Origin: Gammaproteobacteria bacterium
Lineage (GTDB): Bacteria; Pseudomonadota; Gammaproteobacteria; DASZBR01
Assembly: GCA_033763845.1 (NCBI GenBank)
Contig: JANRJR010000066.1
Location: forward strand, 1,247-65,246
Direction: 5' to 3'
Length of the DNA: 64,000 bases
This document shows positions 10,873-21,712 of this stretch, piece by piece. Each line of letters begins with the position of its first letter. Positions within the stretch are counted from its first letter, which is position 1. A model generated the notes under the pieces. It worked only from the letters and a program-made list of their open reading frames with translations, was not told the DNA's origin and ran no database searches. The translations under genes were made by a program, and so were the position numbers.

Positions 10873-11424
10873 TTGTGCATGTTGATTTCAGCTAATCTAC
10901 AAAAACGCAAAACCATGTTGCGTTTACCATACTACGATTATTCGTCTTTCGGGTTTTATTTTATTACCATCTGCACACGTCTGAGAGAAAATTTTTTAGG
11001 TAAAATTGATGATCATAAAATGATTTGTTCTGATATGGGTGAAATTGTAACGAAATGTTGGAATGAAATTCCTGAATATTTTGATGACGTTCTGCTCGAT
11101 GAATTTGTTGTAATGCCTAATCACATCCATGGAATTCTCGTAAGACCTACTTTGACAAGAGAAGAAATGAATGCAATTCAACAACAAAAAAATGAACGTC
11201 ATGAGGGGCCGGGAAGATTTGGTTCACATTTGTCGACCATTGTCGGATCCTTCAAGGCAGGTTGTACTCGAATCATTAATAAAATGAAGGGCGAAATGTA
11301 TTTTGGGTGGCAGCGTGGATATTACGAACATATTGTCAGAAATGAACAATCATTGCATAAAATTAGGGAATATATTCGACTAAATCCGTCAACATGGGAA
11401 TCAGATAAAAATTTTAAATGTTGA
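10873..11424 (+). CDS. REP-associated tyrosine (Y1/HUH) transposase, RAYT
   Basis: RLPYYDYS..YFITICT, HUH motif MPNHIHG, WQRGYYEHIVR, catalytic Tyr in YIRLNP; flanked by GTAG REPs. Confidence 0.92.
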   Translation: MCMLISANLQKRKTMLRLPYYDYSSFGFYFITICTRLRENFLGKIDDHKMICSDMGEIVTKCWNEIPEYFDDVLLDEFVVMPNHIHGILVRPTLTREEMNAIQQQKNERHEGPGRFGSHLSTIVGSFKAGCTRIINKMKGEMYFGWQRGYYEHIVRNEQSLHKIREYIRLNPSTWESDKNFKC

Positions 11425-11453
11425 ATCAGGACGAGATGACAACATATATATCC

Positions 11454-11553
11454 GGGACGACATGAATGTCGCCCCTACAATTACACATAGAAGCATTTAC
11501 GTTAGCATCACCATAAAATAATAGACACGTAGGGGCGTGATTTATCTCGTCCC
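11454..11553. repeat. Two 25-nt GTAG-type REPs (11454-11478 minus, 11529-11553 plus)
   Basis: The first is identical to the 10756-10780 REP; the second is GTAGGGGCGTGATTTATCTCGTCCC. Confidence 0.92.
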
Positions 11554-11657
11554 GTTAATACGTCCAATCATCCGGAATATACATACAAAAGCCACCCCTT
11601 TTTGCCGGTTTTTCGTGTAAAATACCCCAACATTGAGAATCAGTATGAGAAGACACC

Positions 11658-13157
11658 ATGCACCAACGAACAGCAAAAAAGGCAATACCCAAACAAGCGC
11701 AACTGCGCAGATCGGCTGAAGCCCAAGAAACCATGGGTAATTTGAGCAAAAAAAAACAACGACCGCCGAAACATTTTTTTCACGCATCTCGTTCCTCTGC
11801 ACCTGCTTATTGGGAAAAACTTATTCTTAATTGGAATAATTATTCCATCGCACAAAAAATTGCTGTTATTACGGCAGGATTAGTATTAAGTGGCGTTGCG
11901 GTTTATTTAGCCGTTGGGCTAGCACAAAGTGTTTATGCAAACATGTCTGCGGAATTAGATACGCCGCATAAAACACGCGAGCCCTCTGTATTTACACGAA
12001 TTGATCGTGCGCTGAGTTTTCCGGTGGCACATGCTAGACCCTTACCTCAAAAAAGTAAGATGCACGAGTCATATCCTGAATTTACAGAAGGAACTGATGA
12101 GCACGACGCAGATATCAAAAAAGAAATGGCAAAAGGTTTTCGTGCTATTGATGATGCTTTATACGATTTTCTTCAAACTCCTTCCGAGAAAAGCAAAGTT
12201 GTTGCGCTTTTTGAGGCGCATACTCAGTCAAGTATTTTTAAAAATCTTATAATGGCTTATCTCACCGTGTTTTCACGTGAAACACATACGCGCATCACAA
12301 TCATTCATGAATTAAGTGCATCAGAAACAAATGATCAACAACTTACGATGCTGCATCAGAATATGCGAACGTTTCGTAAATCATCTGCTGTCTATCCCAC
12401 CAGCCTTATAGAAAACCTGCTTGAACGAAATTGCTATAAACATAATATTCCTAACATTGCTCACAGAATCACAGGATTAGCAGTATGCGCAATTCAAGCT
12501 GCAGGCTTGTATGATTTTAACATCGCATTTGCGAATTCAGGGGAATCTACTTCTTTAGCGTTTCAAATATACGATGTTCGCTTTGATCACCTCTTCAATG
12601 GGCACCAAGTTGATTTGGAAAAGATCGATAACAAATTAACATCAATATTAAAACGTCAGCTTTCCTATTCCACACCAGATGACATCGTAGTAATTGTATC
12701 TGGTGAATTACACGGACGAGCCGTCTCCCTGACGCTGAATAATAGCAAGCATCCTCATCGTTTATTAAATCTTCGTGAGAAAGAAGCATACGCATTGAGA
12801 GATGCAGAAGTGAAAATGTCTATGGCAGGACAATGCCTAAAACCACTGAGCGAATGTCCACCTCGTGTTCAGAATTTGAAACAAACCTATCCTATTCGTT
12901 TTTGTATGGATGGCAAATATATAGCTGGAAAAAAATGTGACGAAACGTCGCATCGCTATTACTCAGACATAGATGAAAGAGAGGCTTTTGCCAGAGGAAA
13001 GGCTGTGATTCAGATTCCGCCGACACTTCCTGACCGTTACCCTCAAAAGCTCACGGATTTTTTTGCACCAAAGTCATCTATGAAAATGCTAAAAGCTAAA
13101 TTAGAGCAAGATACAAAAAAGTCTGAAAAGAAAAATAACAGTCGAATGGAACTGTAA
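11658..13157 (+). CDS. Hypothetical membrane-anchored protein, possible EreA/ChaN/Tiki-fold effector
   Basis: Basic N-terminus, one TM, VVALFEAH / IIHE / VIVSGELH motifs, charged C-terminal tail. Confidence 0.55.
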   Translation: MHQRTAKKAIPKQAQLRRSAEAQETMGNLSKKKQRPPKHFFHASRSSAPAYWEKLILNWNNYSIAQKIAVITAGLVLSGVAVYLAVGLAQSVYANMSAELDTPHKTREPSVFTRIDRALSFPVAHARPLPQKSKMHESYPEFTEGTDEHDADIKKEMAKGFRAIDDALYDFLQTPSEKSKVVALFEAHTQSSIFKNLIMAYLTVFSRETHTRITIIHELSASETNDQQLTMLHQNMRTFRKSSAVYPTSLIENLLERNCYKHNIPNIAHRITGLAVCAIQAAGLYDFNIAFANSGESTSLAFQIYDVRFDHLFNGHQVDLEKIDNKLTSILKRQLSYSTPDDIVVIVSGELHGRAVSLTLNNSKHPHRLLNLREKEAYALRDAEVKMSMAGQCLKPLSECPPRVQNLKQTYPIRFCMDGKYIAGKKCDETSHRYYSDIDEREAFARGKAVIQIPPTLPDRYPQKLTDFFAPKSSMKMLKAKLEQDTKKSEKKNNSRMEL

Positions 13158-13158
13158 A

Positions 13159-13542
13159 CTACACCCGGGATCCCAAATCCTGATCGCTCTCTTCGCCGTG
13201 TACTAAATGCGTTAATTCATTACATGAAATTACCTGATTATTTTGAATTTCAAACATCGCATTGACTTGAACTTCAATTTTTTTACCTGTGTCTTTTTTA
13301 ATACCGCGCGCAATATGCAGCGTCGCAATTTTATTGCCTTCCTTTACAATATGCTTAAATTCAAATGACATTGAATGTAATGCAGACTTTAATGCACGAA
13401 CGTGATCCAGAAATCCCGCATAATCCACTTTCTTGCCATCGACATATTGAATATAATCTTTCGAAAAATATTTCTCGCAAACGGCTTCATCAAAACCATC
13501 TTTCTCGAAAACGTGCGCAAATATTTCTTGAATCAATGTCAT
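13159..13542 (-). CDS. SnoaL/NTF2-like family protein
   Basis: 127 aa; YFSKDYIQYVDG and beta-rich C-terminus ending CNELT. Confidence 0.75.
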   Translation of the reverse strand: MTLIQEIFAHVFEKDGFDEAVCEKYFSKDYIQYVDGKKVDYAGFLDHVRALKSALHSMSFEFKHIVKEGNKIATLHIARGIKKDTGKKIEVQVNAMFEIQNNQVISCNELTHLVHGEESDQDLGSRV

Positions 13543-15434
13543 AACAATTCTGACTCCACCAAATTACCCTTCGTTTCTAACCAACTCTTACGATCCGGTA
13601 CGCGCTTCTTCGCTAATAACATGTCTAACATGCCATCTGCATCATCACCATCTTTAATCGTTAATTGCACTAAACGACGCGTATCATATGACATTGTTGT
13701 TTCACGCAATTGAATCGGATTCATTTCACCCAAACCTTTGAAACGCTGAACATTAATTTTGCCTTTTTTATTTTCAGCAGCGAGTCTGTCTAATATGCCT
13801 TTTTTCTCTGCTTCATCTAACGCATAAAAGACTTCTTTGCCTTGATCTATGCGATATAGCGGCGGCATTGCAACATAGACATGTCCCTCTGTGACCAATT
13901 TCTTAAAATGTTTTAGGAATAATGCACATAATAATGTCGCAATATGTAATCCATCCGAATCCGCATCCGCTAAAATGCAGATTTTTCCATAGCGCAATGA
14001 ACTTAAATCATCACTGCCCGGATCGACACCAATCGCTGTTGCAATATCGTGAATTTCTTCAGAACGTAATACTTCACCGTGTGATACTTCCCATGTATTT
14101 AATATTTTTCCTCGTAACGGCATGATGGCTTGACGCTCACGATCACGCGCTTGCTTTGCAGAACCACCCGCGGAATCCCCTTCCACTAAAAATAATTCGC
14201 CTTTCATGGGATCACTGGTTGAGCAATCCGCTAATTTTCCGGGCAATGCAGGGCCTGAGGTAATTTTTTTACGTTCAATTTTTTTCGCTAATTTTAATCG
14301 CGCTTGCGCGTTTTCTATGACTAACTTTGCAATTGATTCTGCTTGCGCAACATTTTGATGAAGCCATATAGAAAAAGCATCTTTAACAACGCCAGATACA
14401 AAAGCCGCTGTTTCTCTCGATGAAAGCCTTTCTTTGGTTTGACCTGAAAATTGCGGATCTTTCATTTTAACCGATAGAACATAACGACAATTTTCCCAAA
14501 CGTCTTCGGGCGAAAGTTTTAATCCGCGCGGCAATAAATTACGCAACTCACAAAATTCACGCAAGGCATCCGACAATCCTGTACGCAATCCATTAACGTG
14601 CGTACCGCCTTGCGCAGTTGGAATTAAATTGACATAGCTTTCGGTAATGGATTCTTCAGGCTCGAGCATCCAGACCAATGCCCATTCTGCGGATTCATTT
14701 TCGCCTTTGAAATTTCCGACGAACGGTTCTTCCGGTAAGCACGGTGATTTGCCAATCCCTTCCATTAAATATGACGGCAAACCATTTTCGTATAACCATT
14801 CCGTCGTTTCGCCAGTATTTTCATCGAAAAATTCAATTTTTAATCCCGAACACAAAACCGCTTTTGCACGCAAGACTTGTTTAATTTTAGTAACAGAAAA
14901 TTTAGGGTTATCAAAATATTTGGGATCTGGATAAAAATGTACGCTGGTTCCCGTATCGCGTTTATTCTCGGTATTTCCAATGGGTTTTAATTCTGAGGCT
15001 TTATCACCATTAGCAAACGACATGGAATAAATTTTGCCGTCGCGTTTCACTTCGACCGTTAATTTTTGCGAAAGTGCATTTACAACGGAAACACCTACAC
15101 CGTGTAAACCGCCAGAGAAGGCATAGTTTTTGTCGGAAAATTTTCCGCCGGCATGCAATCGCGTCAAAATTAATTCCACACCTGACACTTTTTCTTCCGG
15201 ATGTTTATCGACTGGCATCCCTCGGCCATTGTCTATAACTTCTAATGATCCGTCTTTATAAAGTTGTACACGTATTTTTGTCGCATAACCCGCAAGCGCC
15301 TCGTCGACACTGTTATCTAACACTTCTTGAAATAAATGATTGGGACGAGACGTATCCGTATACATTCCTGGTCTTTTTCGAACGGGGTCTAAACCACTTA
15401 AAACTTCAATCGCAGAAGCTGTATAATTTGTCAT
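13539..15434 (-). CDS. parE: DNA topoisomerase IV subunit B
   Basis: EVLDNSVDE, SGGLHGVGVSVVNALS, VEGDSAGG, PLRGKILN, DADSDG. Confidence 0.97.
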   Translation of the reverse strand: MTNYTASAIEVLSGLDPVRKRPGMYTDTSRPNHLFQEVLDNSVDEALAGYATKIRVQLYKDGSLEVIDNGRGMPVDKHPEEKVSGVELILTRLHAGGKFSDKNYAFSGGLHGVGVSVVNALSQKLTVEVKRDGKIYSMSFANGDKASELKPIGNTENKRDTGTSVHFYPDPKYFDNPKFSVTKIKQVLRAKAVLCSGLKIEFFDENTGETTEWLYENGLPSYLMEGIGKSPCLPEEPFVGNFKGENESAEWALVWMLEPEESITESYVNLIPTAQGGTHVNGLRTGLSDALREFCELRNLLPRGLKLSPEDVWENCRYVLSVKMKDPQFSGQTKERLSSRETAAFVSGVVKDAFSIWLHQNVAQAESIAKLVIENAQARLKLAKKIERKKITSGPALPGKLADCSTSDPMKGELFLVEGDSAGGSAKQARDRERQAIMPLRGKILNTWEVSHGEVLRSEEIHDIATAIGVDPGSDDLSSLRYGKICILADADSDGLHIATLLCALFLKHFKKLVTEGHVYVAMPPLYRIDQGKEVFYALDEAEKKGILDRLAAENKKGKINVQRFKGLGEMNPIQLRETTMSYDTRRLVQLTIKDGDDADGMLDMLLAKKRVPDRKSWLETKGNLVESELL

Positions 15435-15438
15435 TTAA

Positions 15439-16053
15439 CTATTTCCATTTCTGTTTCACTTCAAGTTCATGTAATTGCAACCATTGCACTGCAATAATCG
15501 TTGCGGCATTGTTAATTTCGCCGGTTTTTAATGCGTTATAAACAAATTCTTTAGGAAAAACATGCGCGCGAATATCTTCATGTTCATGTGATAATCCAAA
15601 AATTCCACCGGCCTTGGAAGAATCCACACGACCACAAAACAGACTAAATCGTCCTGTTGAAATTCCGGGGCTGGTCCAATATTCACACATGGGAATTAAA
15701 TCAATCACTTCACAACCGGCTTCTTCTTTACTTTCACGATGCGCGACTTCTTCAATGGATTCATTGGAATCAATAATTCCTGCAACTAATTCTAAAATCC
15801 ACGGGCTTTTTTGTTCGAGTGTTCCCAAACGAAATTCTTCAATTAAAACGATTTCATCACGAATAGGATCAAACAATAAAACACCCACAGCAGCATGCGC
15901 ATGAAACAACTCACGGATAACGACAGGACTCCAGCCTCCCGCAAATAAACGGTATTTTAATTGATATTTTAATAATTTCAGATGACCGTGATAGATCACA
16001 TCGCTCTGAACGATTTCGATATCTTTTGACGATAGTTCTGGGGTGTGTTTCAT
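15439..16053 (-). CDS. nudF: ADP-ribose pyrophosphatase (Nudix)
   Basis: Nudix box [30 protein letters not shown]; adjacent to parE. Confidence 0.88.
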   Translation of the reverse strand: MKHTPELSSKDIEIVQSDVIYHGHLKLLKYQLKYRLFAGGWSPVVIRELFHAHAAVGVLLFDPIRDEIVLIEEFRLGTLEQKSPWILELVAGIIDSNESIEEVAHRESKEEAGCEVIDLIPMCEYWTSPGISTGRFSLFCGRVDSSKAGGIFGLSHEHEDIRAHVFPKEFVYNALKTGEINNAATIIAVQWLQLHELEVKQKWK

Positions 16054-18626
16054 TTCTTTAATGTCAGTTTATCCACTTTAAAGTCTACTTTTACAGCATC
16101 ACCAGCCTGGAATTTACCTTCTAATATGTCTTTCGACAAGGGATTTTCTAACAATTGTTGAATGGTCCTCTTCAAAGGACGCGCACCGAACACCGGGTCA
16201 TACCCTGCTTCAGCAAAATGATCCAATGCTTTCTCAGATACTGATAATTTAATATCCTTATCTGCAAGACGTTTTTGTAAATGCGCAATTTGAATCGTCG
16301 CGATATTTCGAATTTGATCTTTTTCCAAGGGATGAAATACGACACATTCGTCTAACCGATTAATAAATTCGGGTCTGAAATGTTGGGCAACGATATTCAT
16401 CACCGCTTCTTTCATCGCAGGATAATTTTTCTCACTCGCTAAATCTTGAATAACTTGCGAACCCAAATTTGATGTCATCACTATTACAGTATTTCTGAAA
16501 TCTACAGTTCGACCTTGACCATCGGTTAATCGCCCATCATCTAAAACCTGCAATAAAATATTAAACACATCATGATGAGCCTTCTCTATTTCGTCTAATA
16601 ATATTAAAGAATAGGGGCGGCGACGCACGGCTTCCGTTAAATATCCACCCTCTTCGTAACCGACATATCCTGGAGGCGCACCAATTAATTTCGCGACGGA
16701 ATGTTTTTCCATGAATTCAGACATATCAATTCTGACCATAGCATCTTCGGTGTCGAATAAAAATGACGCTAACGCTTTGCATAATTCTGTTTTACCCACT
16801 CCAGTAGGTCCCAAAAACATAAACGATCCAATCGGTCGGTTCGGGTCAGATAATCCTGCGCGTGATCTTCTAATAGCATTTGAAACGATATTTACAGCTT
16901 CATCTTGGCCTATTACACGCGCATGCAAATACTCTTCCATTTTTAATAATTTTTCGCGTTCGCCTTCCAGCATTTTAGATACGGGAATATGCGTCCACTT
17001 TGAAACAACTTCAGCAATTTCTTCATCGGTTACTCTGTTTCGTAATAAATGTTTTTCTTGTTTTTCTGCTTTCATGGCAGCTTGCAATTGCTTTTCCAAT
17101 TCTGGAATTTTGCCGTATTGAATTTCAGACATTTTTGTTAAATCCGTTTTTCTTCGCGCCGTTTCAAGATCCATTTTCGCTTGTTCTAATTGTTCTTTAA
17201 TATGTTGCGTGCCTTGCAGGGATGCTTTTTCGGCTTTCCAAATTTCTTCTAAATCCGCATATTCGCGCTCTAATTTTTTAATTTCTGTTTCCAATAATTC
17301 AAACCGTTTTTTAGAGGCGGGATCTGTCTCTTTTTTAAGCGCTTCGCGTTCTATTTTTAATTGAATTAGTCTTCGCTCTAATTTATCCATCGATTCCGGC
17401 TTGGAATCAATTTCCATACGAATTCGGCTTGCCGCTTCATCAATTAAATCAATCGCCTTATCTGGCAAATTTCTGTCAGTTATATAACGATGCGATAAAG
17501 TTGCTGCTGCAACAATTGCAGGATCAGTAATTTCCACACCGTGATGCACTTCATATTTTTCTTTTAATCCACGTAATATTGCAATCGATCCTTCAACACT
17601 GGGTTCTTCAACCAGTACTTTTTGAAAGCGCCTTTCTAAAGCAGCATCTTTTTCTATGTATTGTCTAAACTCATTTAACGTTGTTGCGCCAATACAATGT
17701 AATTCTCCGCGTGAAAGCGCAGGCTTTAACATATTTCCCGCATCCATCGAGCCTTCCGCTTTTCCTGCACCCACCATGGTATGAATTTCATCTATAAATA
17801 AAATAATTTGGCCTTCTTGCTTTGTAATATCTTTAATGACTGCCTTTAATCTTTCTTCAAATTCGCCTCTGAATTTAGTCCCTGCAATTAATGCGCCCAT
17901 ATCCAAAGACAATAGTTTTTTATTTTTTAATCCATCGGGAACTTCGCCATTTACAATACGCTGCGCTAGACCTTCGACAATAGCCGTTTTACCCACACCC
18001 GGCTCGCCGATTAATACAGGATTATTTTTTGTGCGGCGTTGCAACACTTGAATAACACGACGAATTTCATCGTCACGACCAATCACAGGATCTAACTTAT
18101 GTTTTTTCGCTCTTTCCGTCAGATCGACAGTATATTTAGACAAAGCACCGCGTTGCTCTTCTGCACTTTGTTCTGTCACATTTTCCCCGCTTCGCATTTG
18201 TTGAATCGCATTTTCCAAGGCCGCTTTATGCACGCCTGCTTTTTTAAATACAGAACCCAACACACCCGTATCATCACAACCTGCCAATAAAAACCATTCA
18301 CTCGATATATATTGATCTTTATGCTGCTGTGCATATTTATCCGTTAAATTTAATAGGCGATTTAAATCATTGGATACTTCGATACGTCCGGGAGTACTAC
18401 TTTCCACTTGCGGCAATTGTGAAATTGCGGAATCTAAATTCTTTTCTAAATTAATAGTATCTATATTGGCTTTCGTAAATAATGGCTTTGCACTTCCACC
18501 GTCTTGATTCAATAGCGCAGACATCACATGCACAGGTTCAATAAAAGGATTGTCGCGACCAACCGCAAGTGATTGTGCATCACTCAACGCTTCTTGAAAT
18601 TTGGTGGTTAATTTATCCGCCCGCAT
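16050..18626 (-). CDS. clpB: ATP-dependent chaperone ClpB
   Basis: Two AAA+ modules ([16 protein letters not shown]), coiled-coil middle domain, GAPPGYVG. Confidence 0.98.
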   Translation of the reverse strand: MRADKLTTKFQEALSDAQSLAVGRDNPFIEPVHVMSALLNQDGGSAKPLFTKANIDTINLEKNLDSAISQLPQVESSTPGRIEVSNDLNRLLNLTDKYAQQHKDQYISSEWFLLAGCDDTGVLGSVFKKAGVHKAALENAIQQMRSGENVTEQSAEEQRGALSKYTVDLTERAKKHKLDPVIGRDDEIRRVIQVLQRRTKNNPVLIGEPGVGKTAIVEGLAQRIVNGEVPDGLKNKKLLSLDMGALIAGTKFRGEFEERLKAVIKDITKQEGQIILFIDEIHTMVGAGKAEGSMDAGNMLKPALSRGELHCIGATTLNEFRQYIEKDAALERRFQKVLVEEPSVEGSIAILRGLKEKYEVHHGVEITDPAIVAAATLSHRYITDRNLPDKAIDLIDEAASRIRMEIDSKPESMDKLERRLIQLKIEREALKKETDPASKKRFELLETEIKKLEREYADLEEIWKAEKASLQGTQHIKEQLEQAKMDLETARRKTDLTKMSEIQYGKIPELEKQLQAAMKAEKQEKHLLRNRVTDEEIAEVVSKWTHIPVSKMLEGEREKLLKMEEYLHARVIGQDEAVNIVSNAIRRSRAGLSDPNRPIGSFMFLGPTGVGKTELCKALASFLFDTEDAMVRIDMSEFMEKHSVAKLIGAPPGYVGYEEGGYLTEAVRRRPYSLILLDEIEKAHHDVFNILLQVLDDGRLTDGQGRTVDFRNTVIVMTSNLGSQVIQDLASEKNYPAMKEAVMNIVAQHFRPEFINRLDECVVFHPLEKDQIRNIATIQIAHLQKRLADKDIKLSVSEKALDHFAEAGYDPVFGARPLKRTIQQLLENPLSKDILEGKFQAGDAVKVDFKVDKLTLKK

Positions 18627-18651
18627 AACCTCTCCTCAATAAAAATTCTCT

Positions 18652-18701
18652 GTAGGAACGAGGCAATGCCTCGCCCGGATTGGGCATGGCCCAATCCCTA
18701 C
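18652..18701. repeat. Divergent GTAG REP doublet in the clpB upstream region
   Basis: GTAGGAACGAGGCAATGCCTCGCCC followed by inverted GGGCATGGCCCAATCCCTAC. Confidence 0.65.
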
Positions 18702-18715
18702 AATTAATTAATAAA

Positions 18716-18741
18716 ATAGGGGCGGATAGAATAAAATCAAG
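18716..18741 (-). promoter_or_regulatory. Putative sigma32 promoter of clpB
   Basis: Minus strand CTTGAT-N13-CCCCTAT, compared with the RpoH consensus CTTGAA-N13/14-CCCCAT. Confidence 0.55.
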
Positions 18742-20254
18742 CGGCTAGTGTCGTTCTCACAAACGGCGACAATACTTCTCGCAATTGCGTAATCGTCACA
18801 GGCTTTAAAAGATACGCATCGATGTGACGTTCTTGAATTTCATCGATGGTTTCACGATGTCCGCCTGCCGTTAACACAATAACGGGCAGAGAACTTTTTT
18901 CATCAGCACGTCCCCGAATTTCAGTGATAACGTCTAAGCCACTCATATCAGGCAATCCAAGATCGGCAATTAACGCGACGTAAGAATTTTTATCGATTAA
19001 TTTCAACCCAGCACGCCCACTGGAAGCAATGTCTGCCTCCAATCCCATTTCTGACAATAACATTTTAATCACTTTCTGATTAATTAAGTGATCCTCGATG
19101 ACCAAGATTTTACGGCTCGCTCCATGCGTTCTCAAAACCATATCCAGCTCTCCTTTGCGTTTCCAACGTGTCCATGAATCAATCAACGCTTCAGCAAACA
19201 AAATATATTTTGTTGCTTGAAGTACAGCATGATAACCATGCGAATAAGCTTGTTCCCGCTCTAATTCGGCATGTTCAGCATCCAGGGTAATCGCCAAAAA
19301 TATTGGCTGAAATTGAGGATTCGCGTGCAACGCACGAGCAAAATACGACATATTCTGTGTTAATTTATGGCCCATCACGACAATCATGTGAGGAAGCTCA
19401 GCATTAGGTGTTTTTTGAAGCTTAAAAATGACTTCGCTTAATGGAACGATTTCAGATACTAAACGTGGAAATTGTAACTGCGCTTCAAGGTCATCCGCTA
19501 AAGATTCTTCAGACTCGACACCCCAAATACGTAACGACGATAATTCTTTCACGACATGCTCACTTGCTATTTTATTAGTCACAGGTAACGTAAATGTTAC
19601 ACGCGTTCCCCTGTCAATTAAACTGGATATACTGATTTTTCCACCCATGGTTTCAACAAAATGGGTTGCAATCTTGAGACCTAATCCTAAACCAGTATCC
19701 TGTATTTTGTCTGAGTTAGAATCAATTCCCACACCTGTGTCGATGACCGACACTTCTAGCATTGGCGTTTTTCCTTTTGGCTGCCAAGAAGATGAAACCA
19801 CGACATCAATTCGCCCAGATAAAGTATAGGTAAATGCATTCTCCAACACGTGATTAAGCACTTGGCTTAAACGGTCCAGGTCAGCATACACAATAGGAGA
19901 CGCTTCATCTTGATAATCAATATCAAACGCAATATTTTTTTCGCGGGCTATTTGTAAAAACGGATGCGCGACTTGCTTAAGCAAGGCCGGAAAATCAATC
20001 GCTCGAATATTAGACGACGTATCCCCTTTTTCGATTTGCATAAATTCAGATAAAGAATCCAACACGCGATCGAATTCAGCGTAGACCGCTTCAAGATTTT
20101 TTAGGTGTGGCTTTAACGCGACTGGAGAAATTTGTTGTTGAGATTGGATAGCTTGTCTGACCAACGAGGAAATGACGTGTGTCGTCCCGGTTGCCGCATT
20201 CAGTAGCGTTCGCGCACTGTGCTCAATCCGAGCATATAATCCTTTGCTATCCAT
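18737..20254 (-). CDS. Cytoplasmic hybrid histidine kinase-like/response regulator with no sensor domain
   Basis: H-box-like EHSART, N box VLENA, DTGVG and GLGL boxes, degenerate middle REC, intact C-terminal REC (IEDH, ADLGLPD, LTA, KP). Confidence 0.8.
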   Translation of the reverse strand: MDSKGLYARIEHSARTLLNAATGTTHVISSLVRQAIQSQQQISPVALKPHLKNLEAVYAEFDRVLDSLSEFMQIEKGDTSSNIRAIDFPALLKQVAHPFLQIAREKNIAFDIDYQDEASPIVYADLDRLSQVLNHVLENAFTYTLSGRIDVVVSSSWQPKGKTPMLEVSVIDTGVGIDSNSDKIQDTGLGLGLKIATHFVETMGGKISISSLIDRGTRVTFTLPVTNKIASEHVVKELSSLRIWGVESEESLADDLEAQLQFPRLVSEIVPLSEVIFKLQKTPNAELPHMIVVMGHKLTQNMSYFARALHANPQFQPIFLAITLDAEHAELEREQAYSHGYHAVLQATKYILFAEALIDSWTRWKRKGELDMVLRTHGASRKILVIEDHLINQKVIKMLLSEMGLEADIASSGRAGLKLIDKNSYVALIADLGLPDMSGLDVITEIRGRADEKSSLPVIVLTAGGHRETIDEIQERHIDAYLLKPVTITQLREVLSPFVRTTLAA

Positions 20255-20284
20255 AACAGCTCCATTAAAAAAGCAGCCTCGATC

Positions 20285-21712
20285 CTACTCCCCCTTCCCC
20301 ATCTTTTCAATGGTAGTGGTAGTCGAATGGCCGGGAACAAGTGCTATTACACGGACTTCACCGCCATTTTTTAAAACGGCCTTGTGGCCAGCAATCTCAT
20401 TCACTTTATAATCTGCGCCTTTTACTAAAACATCTGGCAATAATTTGCCGATAAGACGTTCAGGCGTATCCTCACTAAAGGGCACCACCCAATCGACAGA
20501 AGATAACCCTAATAAAACTCCCATACGACTTTGCAATGAATTCAATGGTCTCTTGGAACCTTTAAGACGTTTTACTGAAGCATCATCGTTTACCGCAACA
20601 ATTAATCGATCACCTAATTTTTTGGCTTCTTCTAAATAACGCACATGACCTAAATGCAATAAATCAAAACATCCATTAGTCATCACCACTTTTTCACCAT
20701 GTGCATGAGCATCTTGAATGGCGAGCAATGCTTCATCTTCTGTGACAACACCACGATGACGCTCGTGTTCCGCTTGTAATGCACGCCGTAACTCATGTGG
20801 ACTTACTGTTGCTGCCCCTAATTTTGTCACTACAATTCCTGCAGCAATATTCGATAACAACATAGCTTCTTCAAGTGAAACACCGCTCGCCACACTTGCA
20901 GCTAAGACACTGATTACGGTATCACCTGCACCCGTAACGTCATACACTTCTTGTTTTTTTGCAGACAAATGATACGGTGGTTTTTTTAATTGCATTAATG
21001 ACATACCTTCTTCACCACGCGTCACTAATAGTGCTTTTAAATTTAATGCCTGAATTAATTGCATACCTTTTTGAACAATTTCTTCTTCGCTATGACATTT
21101 TCCAACTACTGCTTCGAATTCTTTTCGATTCGGTGTTAATAATGTCGCATTTTTATAAATCGTATAATCTGACCCTTTAGGATCAATAAAAATGGGTACT
21201 TTTGCTTTATTCGCTAACGCAATAAATTTAGGCGCTTCACTCAGTACGCCTTTACCATAATCAGATAACACAACCACCTGAGATTTTTTTAAATGCTTTT
21301 GGTAATTTTTTAATAGTGTAACAGGCGACACCCCTACAAAGCCTTCTTCAAAATCCAAACGAATTAATTGTTGATGCAAACTCAACACGCGAACTTTGCT
21401 AATCGTGGGAATGGCTTTAACTCGCTGAAAACCTACGCCAATTTTTTTCTGCTTAAGTTGTTTTTCTAAACTGTCGGCTAGCTCATCATCACCCGTCATG
21501 CTTAATAAATTTACATGCGCGCCTAGCGAACGAATATTTAATGCCACGTTCGCTGCACCGCCTGGTAATTCCAACATGGATTTTACATGGACAACAGGAA
21601 CAGGCGCCTCGGGAGAAATACGTGAAGTCGAACCGTACCAATACTTATCTAACATGGTATCGCCCACCACTAAAACATTGGCTTTTTCATACTTCGGTAA
21701 TTGGTGTGTCAT
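20285..21712 (-). CDS. hldE: Bifunctional heptose 7-phosphate kinase / heptose 1-phosphate adenylyltransferase
   Basis: [17 protein letters not shown] (PfkB), [12 protein letters not shown]. Confidence 0.96.
   Translation of the reverse strand: MTHQLPKYEKANVLVVGDTMLDKYWYGSTSRISPEAPVPVVHVKSMLELPGGAANVALNIRSLGAHVNLLSMTGDDELADSLEKQLKQKKIGVGFQRVKAIPTISKVRVLSLHQQLIRLDFEEGFVGVSPVTLLKNYQKHLKKSQVVVLSDYGKGVLSEAPKFIALANKAKVPIFIDPKGSDYTIYKNATLLTPNRKEFEAVVGKCHSEEEIVQKGMQLIQALNLKALLVTRGEEGMSLMQLKKPPYHLSAKKQEVYDVTGAGDTVISVLAASVASGVSLEEAMLLSNIAAGIVVTKLGAATVSPHELRRALQAEHERHRGVVTEDEALLAIQDAHAHGEKVVMTNGCFDLLHLGHVRYLEEAKKLGDRLIVAVNDDASVKRLKGSKRPLNSLQSRMGVLLGLSSVDWVVPFSEDTPERLIGKLLPDVLVKGADYKVNEIAGHKAVLKNGGEVRVIALVPGHSTTTTIEKMGKGE

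Larger units (their letters stand above)
10628..11580 (+). mobile_element. RAYT locus: tyrosine transposase flanked by long REP-containing inverted repeats
   Basis: Left arm (~10628-10783) and right arm (11451-~11580) are reverse complements; the inner 36 bp are identical; five GTAG REPs. Confidence 0.85.

Noticed and set aside
10873-11424. IS200/IS605 element or TnpB/omega-RNA system
   Set aside because: No tnpB or iscB is nearby; the protein motifs and flanking REPs fit a RAYT.
10657-11553. CRISPR array
   Set aside because: The repeats are in mixed orientation with irregular spacing and variable cores, and there are no cas genes; they are GTAG REPs.
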